Shown piece after piece: positions 38,949 through 51,665 of a DNA stretch of 64,000 nucleotides. Each line of letters opens with the position of its first letter. Position 1 is the stretch's first letter. A program made the position numbers and the translations under genes. This stretch comes from Chrysomallon squamiferum (lineage: Eukaryota; Animalia; Mollusca), in NCBI GenBank assembly GCA_012295275.1, contig CM022671.1, positions 28,582,001 through 28,646,000 on the forward strand, in the 5' to 3' direction. The notes below the pieces were generated by a model. That model saw only the letters and a program-made list of their open reading frames with translations, did no database searches and was not told the origin of the DNA.

Positions 38949-41872
38949 TTTAAAAATAATGATTATAATTGCAAGTAGATTGTAATAGTAGTTATTGATA
39001 ATTTTATGTTGATTATGTTAAGTCATTTTTCTCTCTCATGTAAATGTTTTTTCCGAATTTTCCTTTTTAATAAAATTACAACTAAGTGTTTTTTAATATG
39101 ACTGCTACAGTTCTTCTTGACTTGACTTTGACAGCTTTACATGAAACTGGTTTCAACAGTTTGAATCTAGTTTATTAACTGAAGATATAATTTAATAATA
39201 ATTATTTGATATTTGAGAAATCCTGTTTTTAATATAATGTCTCTAATATATATATATTTTTTAATAAAGAAAATCTTCCAGTAGATATTTAGTATTATTT
39301 AATTCTATAATATAATGGAATATTTTTTTTCTACATAGATTATGTAATGTAACTTGAATAAATTGTCTCAGTTTTGCTTCTGCTATCAACTTACAGTTTT
39401 AATACTTAAAATAATTTGTAATTATCTGTTTTCAGGTGGGAGAGATTCGATTTAAAAATTACTATGTAGCTTTGCTTACAATTCGTGCCAAGACTCGAGT
39501 CATCCAACCAAATGGAGAGCAAGGTTTGTAGCAACAAATAATAATAAATACATAATATTTTAGTAAATTTATTTGTTTCTAATTATAAACATTTTATACA
39601 TAAATATATAATTTTCACAGAAAGCAGTGCTAGATACATCTTGATATATTTACTGATCCAAAATTTCAGAAAATGAAATGCTGTAACTAACTTTTGAGAT
39701 GATTTAGGTTTTTTTAGATGGCATAAAGAAGTGTTTTTAATATATTACCTTACAGCAGAACTTTAAAGTTATATATTAGTAAGATCTGTGTTATTGTTGT
39801 AAATTATATACTTATGACGTAGAATTACATTTAGTGTCTAGGGTGATGTGAAGATTTTCTTTTCACATAAATGTCATATTTAGCATCTGTCATAAACTGT
39901 GAAATCTGAATTTTTTAATTTTATCTCAATGCTGTGGCAGATACAGAGGAATAAAAACAAATTTCAATTTTCATCTTTTTTTAAAACTATCATTAATTTT
40001 TATTTTTTTGGAAACTATCATCAGTTTATAATGATTTTTAAAAATAATAATGTAATTATACAACATTTTTTGTTATTTTTTCAAAATAAATTTAAAAAAC
40101 AAATTAAAATAAAAAAATTTTTTTTAAATTGTTGTCTTGCTCATTGGTCTTAAAATCATGATTTGTGATATAAATGTATTAAAATAATAAAAGAAAAACA
40201 TTATTATACTGAAATAAATAAATAACTAAAATAAAAATAACAATAATTATAACAGAATGAAAAGGTGTATCAGTATCAGTAATTCAGTACAGTGTACATA
40301 AATTCATTATTTTGTTATTTGTTTACCCTAAGCATCAATTGTTCAGAAAATCTGCTGCTGTGTCACCTACTGGGTCCCAGACTTGCCAGATTAGTGGATT
40401 CTAATCTGCATAATGAAATCATAATGTTAAAAGTAGCAAAATCAAATTTCATGTATGACCAAATAAACAATTTAATTTAATAAAATAATAAGAAAACTAT
40501 CATTGTCATGAAATTATAATTTTATTATAATGAAATAAAAGTATTGAAATAAAAATACTGATATAATGAAAAAAAAAAGATAATTAAATAAAAGTATTGA
40601 TATAATGAAATAAAAATACTGGTATGATGAAAAATAATTATAATTAAATAAAATTATTGATATAATGAAATAAAAATACTGATATGATGAAAAAATAATT
40701 AAATAAAAGTATTGATGTAATGAAATAAAAACCTTGATATGATGAAACAAATTATAATTAAATAAAAGTATTGATATAATGAAAAAATAATACTGATATG
40801 ATAAAAAATAAATTGTAATTAAATAAAATTATTGATATAACGAAATAAAAATACTGATAAGATGAAAAAACATTATAATTAAATAAAAGTATTGATATAA
40901 TGAAATAAAAATACTGATATGATATTAAAAAATAATTATAATTAAATAAAAGTGTTACTGCTATGAACTGAAAGAATATGTGAATACTAATTACAGGTGA
41001 ACTACGCTGGCGTACCTGTCTTCGGAACATGAAACTGATGCCAAAACCCCACACAGAGGCTGGTTCCCAGGATTATTTCTGTCTAACGAGAAAACATGTA
41101 AGTCTTAGATAGTCAATTATTATAACTATAATGCAATTAAAATCAGTAGTAGTAGTAGAAAGAAATAATAAATAAATAAATAAATAAATAAATAAATATT
41201 AATGAATTTTATCTAACAGTAAAACATATGACCAAACAACTGTAATAATATTTTACTCTGAAATAGTGAGTGTTATCAGTTAAAATGTGTATTTTATTTT
41301 TTATTTAACTTTATTTATATGTTAAACTGTATACATTAGTTTTTATTTAATTTCATTTGTTTTGAATTGTATATTTTAGTTTCTGTTTGACCTGACAAAC
41401 GTCGTCTCTCTTCGTTTCATTCTTCAACAACCTTCACCAGTCTGGAAAGAGTTTAAACTGGAAGACATCAAAATATATCGCACTGCATTGGTAATTTTTC
41501 ATGAAATAAAATGAAATAAAAATAAATATATAAATATATAAATAAATAAATGACCAAGCAAGTCAGCCAGTAAGTAAGAAAATAAGTAAATAAGTAAACA
41601 AACACATACACAAGAAACTTAGTGAGTAAGTAAGTAAGTAAGTAATTAATTAAATAAATGTGTTGAGTATGTGACTATGGTTGAGTCAGTGAGTAACAGT
41701 GAGGATATAGGTGAATGAATAAATGAATAAAATTATAATAACCCAAACAAAATCTAGGAATAATAATTTCATAAACATGTTCTAGCTTTTTTATTCTTTT
41801 TTTTAATTGTGATAAAAAATGCATTTTTCAACATAGCAACAAAAAGTAATAACAATAGTAAAAAAAAATAAA

Positions 41873-41921
<49 letters not shown>

Positions 41922-43272
41922 TTTCAGGCTCAGAAAAATACACCACTTCCAGCTTGGTTAATTGAAGATGTAACTGAAAAAACAGAAAAAAAACTTGAGG
42001 TCAGTTTTACCTATTTCTTTCCTTTGCAGCTAAAATCAGTTGTATAATTGTGTTTGTATTACGTAATTATTGTTTTTGTATCTCCTGCACTGCATGCAGC
42101 CTTCTTTTTATTTATATTTCTCTGTGCATACTGATGAGTTGCAAAGCTCCAAGTTAAAAAAGAACTGTTTTGAAAAACATAGTCTAATGTATTTAATAAG
42201 CTTTTGTTGTTGATATTATTACACTACTGTTGTTGTTTTTATTATAGGTACAGTTTTGTTCATAGTATTTTTATTGTTGTTATGTTTTAAATAGAAATCA
42301 CACCTAACACTCTGTCCTTTTAAAACTAACCATTTTAGTACTTGATACAAACTGAAAAGTTTTTTTTATAAACAATGAAGCATGAGACAATGTGTAGAAG
42401 AAGCCAGGAATCACGGTAAAAATTTATTTATTAATAATTATCATTATTTTTAAACTCTGGGCATTTTTGGAGAAAAAACCCCAACAAAACACATGCAATA
42501 TTTATTTCTGTTTTAAAAACAGTGCAAACAGGAATCAGTATATTCATTTTTTACTATACTTTTTGCCTTTTTTAACTTTGTATAAAGAAAAGAAAGGGGA
42601 AAAAAAAAAAAAAAGATGAAGAAGAATACAGCTGATTAATTTGCTGTAGATATTTTAATCTTTCTGAACATTATGAATTCATTTTTCATCTTTAGCACAT
42701 CTTTTTCCAGTCTTCAGAAACCAAAACACCCTCCCCAACTAAACATTTCGAGGGTGTGGTAAGAAAACTATTCCTACTTCATTTATTTATTTTATTTCAA
42801 ATACTGCACTAAGCTGATACTGTTCAGAAGCTAATGCTGCATCCAAAATCAGAATTAATATTTATATTTTCACTTGTTTATTTTCAGATAACTGCCAAAT
42901 TTTACAGTAACTGCTTTTTAATTACAACTGTGTTACTAAAATTTAAAAAATTAAATAGGAAAAAAAAAAAATAGAGATCTGCTGTGTATGAATATTATTC
43001 ATTATTTGGTATTTGCCTTAGATTAGAAACATTTCTTCTCTTTCTTTTTTTTCTTTTTTTTCCTGTATGCTCTAAATACTAAGTATAAATTTTATTTTAT
43101 TTCATAATGTTTTGATAACTTAAATTTTTTTAGAAGATGAGCTTGTTATTTTGTCTGACAGTTTGGCAATAAAATATTTGTACAAAAGAGATGTATGATG
43201 ATGTTATTATTGCCATTATTGTTATTGTTGGTGAGGTTGTTTTATTTTTATTTTATTTTATTATTGTTATTA

Positions 43273-43314
<42 letters not shown>

Positions 43315-44174
43315 TTTTTTATTTTATATTTTTGTTGCTTTTTCTGTCAAATTTTTTTTTAATATTATATTTCATACATATGATAGCTTTTTAATAATAT
43401 GGTATTTGTTTTCTGCTTTACAATGTTACTTGGAGTATTTACCTGCGACATATATTGCTATTCTTTTATACTCTCCATTTTGTAACATTCTAAACTTTCT
43501 TCCTTCTTTTTCATCATTACAAGACAACAGTATGACCCCCCCAAAAAAGCAAACTGCATTTAAATTATTTATTGCAGTAATTTTAAATGTTTTGAAATAT
43601 ACATGCATGATGACAAAAAAGAAAATTTTTGCATTTAAAATGTAAAATACAGTAATTTTAAATATTTGAAAAACACACACACACACACACTCAGAGACAG
43701 ACACTTTATACACATATACATATATATATATAAAAAAATGTAATTCAAATATTGCAGCAATTTTAAATGTTTTGAAATGGATATGCACTTCAGCTTCAGC
43801 TAGTAATTTAACAGCTGACCTAGCTTACTGAATCATACAGCCCAGTCAGAGTTTATTGAACACACCCAGTCCTTTGTGTTAGGTAACAGTGTCTACACAG
43901 CTGAACATGGTGATTTCCACCACCAAACACTAATCTCTTTGTTAAACAACACTATACACCTTCATTGTTATTTTCTATTGTCATGCTTTGTTACTCACAG
44001 AGGTATCAGTATGTGGCTGCAGTAAAATATAACAGTTTTTAGTTAATATATTTATGAATAGATGTTTTTCCTTTTTTTCAAATTTTTACTTTCTTTCAAA
44101 TTTTTACTAAAAAGATTATTTAATAATATACATATGTACATAGATACATAGATACATACATACATTCATACATT

Positions 44175-44205
<31 letters not shown>

Positions 44206-45143
44206 CTTTGCATGTGCTTGTATAGAGTTTAAAACTGAGTATCAAAACCTTCACTGAGTATCAAAATAATTTGACAGTAGTTAAGAATAATCACACACAC
44301 ACACACAACAGAGAAATACACATGCACTTAACCACCTTTTAATATCAACTGATTTTCAAGTCAACACATTACTGCTTAAAAAGGTTCATCTACAAAGACA
44401 AGCTTATTATCAAACTACATGTTTTTACAAAATAACACAATCTTTGGCAATCATCAGTGTTACTTACATAACTGTTATTGGTCATTTAACTGTGTATGCC
44501 GGTTAATTAATCTTTCTTATGTAATATAATTGCAGCTGAGAATATTATGAAGTTCAATATGTCTGGTGTTACACAACATTATCTGATTTATATTATAGGA
44601 TGTTACGTAATTTTCTAATATTGCCATGTTAATTGTTTATTTACAGTGAACTCCACTGTAAATGAGGTGATTGTGACAAACAAATGATTTATTTTTTTTT
44701 ATTTTTCCTTAGGAACAATGTTATTAGTTTTTTTAAATTATTCATTTTTGCAAATGTCTGCATGCACATTTTGCTATTGATTAATAATGAATAATAAGAT
44801 TGTTGTTTTTCTTAATTAACTTCTGTTTTTGTACTGGAAGTATAACTTTAATACAGAGGACCAGTTTTTGTGCCTTTGCCTTTTTTCTTCTTCTTCTTCT
44901 TTTTTTTTTTTATGTCAAGTACTTTTTAAAAAATTTCTTAATGTGAATTTACAATAATATTTTATAATAAGCAGAAAAATAAGCTTTTATATGGAAGCTT
45001 GCTTATAGCCCATAAATGATGCCTGGTAGAAAAAAAACAATAGCTGTAGTTTGAAAACTTGATATTATTTATTTATTTATTATTGTTATTGTTATTGTTA
45101 TTGTTTTTATTTTTATTTTTTAATATATTTTATTTTATTTTTA

Positions 45144-45187
<44 letters not shown>

Positions 45188-45960
45188 TTTTTTAAATTAT
45201 TAATTTTTTTAAATTTTTTATCATATTGGCTGTATTTTTAAGAATTACAAATATTTCTTATTTTAGGGCGTTCCTGATTTGGATTCTCTGTCTGCTAACT
45301 TACAAGAGTTGTGGGCCATGACAGAAGAGGTGGCTGCCAGCCAATCAGATGTTAAACTTGGGCGATATGAGGTATTACAGCTTTATAATGCCAAACTATG
45401 TCTAAAATTAGCATCAGTTTGATCATTTGTAACAACTTTTTTAGCATTTCTGTTTTACAAATAGCAAAGATACATTTGAAAAATTATATTTTCAAAAGAG
45501 AATACTTAGAAATTGTATCAGTATGTATAATAGGAAATTATTTTTTATATAAATAATGTTTGTCAACATTCATAAGCAATTATTGGCATTTCAATAATGA
45601 GCAATAGATTACTTCTTATTTTAAGAAACATTCAAGCTCAAAGCTTAAATAGCAGATTATAGGATATAACATACTTATTTTCTGATTTTTACATGGAATA
45701 TTTTAAGTTTTTTTTAACTCTACTTTTCTTCCTTTCTTTCCTTCTGATATCATTATCAACATTTCCTTTCTATTCATTCTTTCTTTCTTTAGTATTTCTG
45801 TATCAGAATGATTTTTTTAAAATTTTATGTATTTTTTTATATCATTGTTTTATTATTGTTATATTTTTTAATTTTTTTAAGCATTATTTATTTATATATT
45901 TTTTATTTTTTTGTACAGGTTGATGGGTGTTATGAGATCAACTTACTTTCATACACATGA
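32808..45960 (+). CDS. NICN1: Nicolin-1 (subunit of the TTLL1 tubulin polyglutamylase complex), 215 aa core isoform
   Basis: Exons 32808-32936, 39436-39523, 40997-41097, 41380-41490, 41928-41999, 45267-45371 and 45919-45960. All introns GT-AG, 648 nt in frame. Motifs IDITFP, EIRFKNYY, WRTCLRxxxLMPxPH, LRFILQQPSPVW, QELWAMTE and the C-terminus GRYEVDGCYEINLLSYT* match nicolin-1. Missed by the ORF track. Confidence 0.95.
34484..34526. repeat. (CA)n microsatellite
   Basis: Direct reading; in NICN1 intron 1. Confidence 0.95.
35272..35327. repeat. (CT)n microsatellite
   Basis: Direct reading; in NICN1 intron 1. Confidence 0.95.
36521..36535 (+). CDS. NICN1: Candidate 15-nt alternative microexon of NICN1 (DAADK)
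   Basis: T-rich tract then ATAACAG|GATGCTGCAGACAAG|GTAAGA. Phase 0-0, matching intron 1, with no stop codon. Confidence 0.55.
40514..40955. repeat. AT-rich minisatellite, about 55-63 bp unit, about 7 copies, built from about 21-bp subrepeats
   Basis: Unit ATTAAATAAAAGTATTGATATAATGAAATAAAAATACTGATATGATGAAAAATAATTATA is repeated in tandem and ends about 40 bp before the NICN1 exon 3 acceptor. Confidence 0.9.
41873..41920. repeat. (AAT)n microsatellite abutting the NICN1 exon 5 acceptor
   Basis: Perfect trinucleotide run followed directly by GTTTCAG|. Similar AAT/ATT runs occur near 2000, 20650, 34640, 38895, 58121 and 60444. Confidence 0.95.
42711..42758 (+). CDS. NICN1: Candidate 48-nt cassette exon of NICN1 (SSETKTPSPTKHFEGV)
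   Basis: CTTTTTCCAG| acceptor and GTG|GTAAGA donor. Phase 0-0, matching intron 5, with an open frame. An alternative in-frame acceptor 15 nt upstream (CTTTAG|, 42696) would add HIFFQ. Confidence 0.55.
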
Positions 45961-47433
45961 ACAAACACCAGCTGTTTTTTGAATAACTCACCTGTGATTG
46001 TTCTTAAACATAAAAAAATGGTCATGTTTTTAGTTTTATATTTATCAACATGGGACAAATGCCTGTGTCGAGGCATGTTGCTTCACTGATGCTGAAAGAA
46101 CACAATCATTTTGCCACTGATTTGGAAGATTCATTGTTACAGTCAATATGCAGATCCCTGCACAAAGTGAAAATCTGATTATCTAAAAGTAATAGAGAGG
46201 GAAAAAATAAAGAACAAATGTTTCTAGCAGTGCACGAGGCACATCGTTTAAAATAAATGTAACAAACTGAATATTTTGTTGTTGTTTTGTTAACATGCAT
46301 CTCAAGTATTGAGTTTCAGTTTTTAGTCATGGATTTTCAGTTAGCCAGAATGAATAAGATTTTGTTTGGAGAAAATAAAAAAAGGATTATTGTGAATTAT
46401 TTTTTCATTTACAACACAATCACACATTTTGTACTCTTTTTAAACAATTGTGTATCAAACTTATTGCTTTGCTTTACTGGTCAAACTCTGGTGAAGTTAC
46501 TCTTACCACTCAGAAGCCCGACTTTCACCATTTATATCATTGTACAGACAAGACCTTTGTCAAGAAGTGTTTGGAATACAGCAACATTGATTTTGGAAGT
46601 GATCCTCCTTTGGAGTCCCAGTCTGCCCCTACAAGTGGATTCTGTTGTATCCCAGAGTAATGGAAAATGTATTTTTCTATTGCTTTTGTGAGGGGGATTT
46701 TTCTATTGCTTTTTTTTTTTTTTTAATTTGTTGGTTGAAATAAAAAGTTTGTTTAAACAAAGATGAAGCAATATATATTCCTAAAATCACAATTTACATT
46801 TCACCCAATATCTAGAGGTCATCACAATCAAACAAACTTTTGTATACAACTTTAATAATAGAAAACACAAAAAGTGAAAATATTTCATCCGTTTTATTAA
46901 TTTAGTTGTAGTAGTGTATACATGTATACATTATATAACATATATAGTATATAATAAATATGGCTAGCCAAAAATATTTTGTAAAATGCAGATATGTAAA
47001 ACACAGTGCCTGCACTGTCAGCTGAAGTACCCACCAGGGGTGATTCCCGCTTCCCATTTTTTTCACCGGGACTAGTGATTGTAAATAATAAAAACACATA
47101 GTGGATTCATTATGTAAAGTTCTGATTCTCATGCTGTAAACTGCTATTTGTGCATATCTGTATGTAACAACCGAGTATAAAGAGGTATATCAGTAGTTTC
47201 TTTGGTGAAAATCTGCTAAAGCTCATAATATATTATTTTGACATGACATTAATATGCAGGCAAATGGACTTATAAATTTGGCAACAGTTCTTCAAATTGC
47301 ACTTATTATCTTTATATTACAATGCAGTGTCTTTTTGGTAGGATTCTGAAAATTGTGCATATTATTTTTTATACAACAATTGTATACAGGCATCATCATG
47401 ATAGTTCATGTTGTCATTGGAACTGTTCATATT

Positions 47434-50400
47434 TTAAACAACAATATCTTCACCCAGTCTCTCAATCTCTTTAACAAAGAACTCCATGTCTTCAAAATCA
47501 GTGGCAGAGTTCTGCAGCACCAGTCTGAAGAAGTTTACCAAGTCTTTCTGTGGTTGGTATGTTATCATCATCGATCCTGCTTTTATCATCCGCTCCTTGA
47601 TGATGGGAGCCACCTTGTGCAGCTTGTCCCAGAACTCAGCACCTTCTGGCATGTTTCTGAGGGATGGAGGAATGTACCAGAAGCAGACATTGGTCAGTTC
47701 GGGGTCAGGGACAACCAGTTTAAAACCCTCACGATGTTTCAGCATCTCAACAAAATATTTTGTGTTGTCAAGGAGATGGTCAACATGATATTCAAAACCT
47801 TCACTTCCCTGAAATAACAAAATAAAATAACATTAAGTTTATGGTCTCCACTGCAGTTAGATACAAGGTTCACTTAATTCTTCGAACAGTCATTCAAACA
47901 ATTTTTTCTTTTGACTATATTTATACATTTATAGAAGAATGTATCCATATCCAGATATTTTCCAAATGTATTCTATGATTTTATTTTTAATTAACAAAAT
48001 TAAAATTATAAAATAAATAAAGTTTGCCTTTAAGTATTTGTTTGCAAATTTCATCCGTTATACTTTAAACAGCAGTCTCAGTAATTGCACTTAACAGTTT
48101 TTCACTTTAAAATATTGTGAACCTAGGCTTTAAGTTGAAGCCATTTAACTTGTTTGTTACACTGCATTTTGTATGTTACATATTAAACAAAATAACTTAA
48201 GCGAAGTGGTCCAAGTGACTCTAAAACAACTTGGTATTTTCACACACAGCTAATAACAGTACTATTAACTTGCCACTGAAACCTCAACAACATTCAACTC
48301 CTCTCACCTTTGCTTTCCACATGAGCCAGAACTTCAAGACATCAACCTTTCTGCCGCACTGGAAAGTCTTGTCCCCGGTATCATAGGAAATGTCATAGAA
48401 CTTGTCTTTCTGAAACAGGTACTTTGCTTCAGCTCGGTGTACATCTTTGAGGAGACCGTCATGGCGACAGAGGATGACCGAGCACTGCTGAGGGACTCCT
48501 AAGAGCTTGTGAGGATTCCAAGTCACGGAGTCTGCACGTTCGACTCCTGCCATGAGATGTCTGTGTTTTCTGGACATGAGGACTCCACCTCCCCAAGCAC
48601 TGTCGATATGAAGCCACAAGCCATACTTAGCACAAATGTCAGCTATAGCACTGATGGGATCAAAAGCACCAAATACAGTTGTTCCTTCTGTGGCCACAAC
48701 TACAAAAGGTCTTGCTCCCTAGAAAAACAGAAATGATAAAGAGAATTGTAGGAAGATTTTTGGCTAAAATACTTCTATTATAAAAAGTGTGAAATATCAA
48801 TAGTCGTTATAATTAATAATAATAATAAATTAAATATATAAAATATAATCAAAAATTACAAACTTTACCTCCTGTTTCAAGAAACTACTATGCATTAAGC
48901 AAAATTCCATAAGGTAAATAAATAAAACTTCTTTAAATAAAACATTGTATCTATTAAACTTGTCCTTTATCAATACATACCCTTTCTTTCGTTTCAATGA
49001 TCTGTTTTTCCAGATCTTCTGGGATGATCTTTCCCCTGTCATCAGTCTTGATGCATTTGACATTGTCTTCACCAAGACCCAGCAGACAGCCAGCCTTCTT
49101 GATAGAATAATGAGACAGTTCGGAAGTGTAGATGACCAGCTCAGGAATTCCGAACAAGCCCTTCTTCTTCACTTCGGGAAAAGCCTTGTGTCTAGCACAG
49201 CTGATGGCCATGATGTTGGAAATGGAACCGCCTGGAGCAAAGATTCCATCGCCTGTGTTGAAGCCCACGAACTCTCTCATCTTCCTGAGAAGAGCCTCCT
49301 CCATGACTGTGAAGACTGGAGCCACTTCGTATGTGTACTGACTTGTGTTGAGGGCGTCGGTAACAAGCTGCCCTGCCAGCCCGTAAGGGTCCAGACTGGA
49401 GAAAAGCTGGTTGACGAAGCGAGGGTGTCCCGTCTTCACGCTGTACTTGATGACGTCTCTCAGTCGCTGCAGCAGCTGCTCGTGACTCTCGCCTTTCACA
49501 GCAGGCTCGAGGTCGAGCAGGCAGGACAGCTCTTTGGGAGGCACCCATTCAGTGACCTTCTTTGTCCTGTCACCCACTTTTCCCACCACGTCCTTCATGA
49601 TCAGCTTGAATGTGTCCTCAAGGAACTTGTTGTGGTTGTTGGGCAGTGTTCGGTAGTTGGCGGATCCTTTCACTCGGGTGGGTCGTGGAACGCCAATCCC
49701 ACCACCACTTGGGTCCTGCTCGTCGGGCGTGTCCTCGTCTGATGCAGTGCTTGACGATGGTTCTTGCAGACCGCTGTCTTCTGAACCTTCACTGTCATCA
49801 TCAGGAACGTCACTGAGGTCTTCATCTGCTTTGGTTATCTCACTTTTCAGCAAGAAGTTTTTCATCTTCAGCCGTAGACGCTGGGCAGCATCTTGTAAAT
49901 CTAAAGAAAAAAAAAATTTAAATTGTTTTTAATTCACTTGTTAAAAAAATTGTCACAGTGCATTGCATGTAAATGAAGTCATTGAGTTACAACCGAAATA
50001 TTATGGCTTCATTTGTTGTTTGTTTCTTGTACATGTTGTCATAGTGTTCCCTTCTTACTTTATTTTTATGTGGTGTTTGGGTGATGAATACTTAATACTA
50101 AAATTAATTTAAAAAAACAAAAAAACAAAACATGTCAATTGCAAAAACATGAACCAACTTCTAAGCATATTTGCTATAAGTTAGGTGTAAGCAATCATTT
50201 AACCAATTAGAGAAAAAAAAAAAATCAGAGATAAAACAATAATAAGTTAAATTAAAACAGTACAGTTTAATACAAACGCACACTAATTGCACGTTACTAA
50301 CTTCATCTTAATAGTGGTTAATTTTTTTTTTTTCTCCGGAATCGAAATCCGCCGCAGTTGTTTCGATTCTTTCCGATATTAATATTAATATTAACAATAT

Positions 50401-51665
50401 TATTATTTTATTTATTTATTTATTTATTTTTAATATTTATTTACATGATTTTATTATATTATTTATTTTAATTTGATGTTTACTGAACAGAAAATAGACT
50501 TCTTAAAGCGATCATTGCTCTCTGACATAATAATTATGTTAATGAATGCCGGCCGGTTAAATATGTGTTTCATAACAAAAGGATTAAGGTGATCCATTGT
50601 TTGGTAATACAAGCTGGAAATTGCCAAAATACATTTTAGCGTATCTCATAAGCTATTATGTGTTTCATTATCAGACAAGCGATTTAGAAAAAATATATAT
50701 ATATCAAAATAAACAAGTATAATGACAGAACACATTATACTATAAAATGACCAGTAGTCAGTCTATGCTGCATTCGTTGAATGCCTATAAGCAGTGACCA
50801 AGTCGGTGAGTTCACGCTGACCTTCGCCGGTGTTTTCAGCCAATCCCAGGATCTAAATTTAGCTCGATGACGCAGAAGCCGGCTTGCTAATCAGCTGATT
50901 CCGGCAGCACGAGGCGGCTATTTTGTAGCGATTTAACAAAGAAATATCGATTTTAAAGCTTGGAAATTTTCCTTACTTAAAACCAAGACATTAAATGGAT
51001 TTATCCATACACAAGCTGTTTCATAAACAATGTTTTAAATTATATTTTGTTGTACTTCACCCGTTCTTTTCCGAAACATTAAAACATACCGGCATACCGC
51101 GTTTATTATTTGTGATCCATAATTTTTTTCTCTTCTTCTTCAATGTAATTAATCATTTTATGGGGTTTCTTTTCTACTTGTGATCAATAGATAACAAACA
51201 TTATCTGTTGTACAACAATCATTTTAAACATCGTATGAAAAATATTGTTAATTTGATATTTATTCAAGTTATTATTATATTTAACATTCGTAAATTTCGT
51301 GTCATCAGCTTTAAGGGCAACTGCTAAATATGTCATTAACAAAAAGCACAAAAAAAAATTAAAAATAAAAATATGTATGTGTGTACGCATGAATGTCTGC
51401 TGAAAATGTATTAATTTAAAGAGTTAAAAAACTGAAGATATAATAAGACAATAAAATGAATAATTATATGTATAAAATCATGAAAGAAAAAATACTAGAC
51501 AACAAAAACATGTGATAACTCGTTAAACCAAATAAATAAATGAAATGAAATGAAATGAAATTAATTTTAAATAAATAAAATAAATAAACAAATAATAAAA
51601 TATTTACCGATATTATCGAAGTTATTTTCTGTTGCATCAACACGATAGCATGGTTCTGTTTCCAT
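47434..51665 (-). CDS. CSAD: Group II PLP-dependent acidic amino-acid decarboxylase (cysteine sulfinic acid decarboxylase / aspartate 1-decarboxylase, GADL1/black-like), about 587 aa
   Basis: Exons 51665-51608 ([19 protein letters not shown], phase 1, less certain), 49900-48981, 48718-48308 and 47808-47434; GT-AG, 1764 nt in frame. Motifs [54 protein letters not shown], the PLP-lysine motif [39 protein letters not shown] and NFFRLV. The F..S-x-Y pattern points to the CSAD/ADC branch rather than GAD1/2. Confidence 0.92.

Noticed and set aside
40292-40480. ORF in NICN1 intron 2 as an extra exon
   Set aside because: No convincing phase-1 donor, and exons 2 and 3 already join into a complete nicolin-1 sequence.
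33000-46700. Many 60-130 aa hydrophobic ORFs (poly-I/L/F/Y), here and throughout the window
   Set aside because: Translations of AT-rich microsatellites and poly-T/A tracts, many starting at TTG or GTG.
47005-47025. Iron-responsive element (CAGTG loop) in the decarboxylase 3' UTR
   Set aside because: The flanks of CAGTGC do not form the required 5-bp upper stem with a bulged C.
48945-49742. 265-aa plus-strand ORF and other ORFs overlapping decarboxylase exons (47353-47817, 47486-47788, 49132-49932)
   Set aside because: Antisense or alternate-frame shadows of GC-rich coding exons, with no recognisable domain or independent splice signals.
48981-49900. Horizontal transfer of the GC-rich decarboxylase exon
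   Set aside because: The protein is metazoan CSAD/ADC-like and has spliceosomal introns. High GC and CpG are better explained by codon bias and low methylation.
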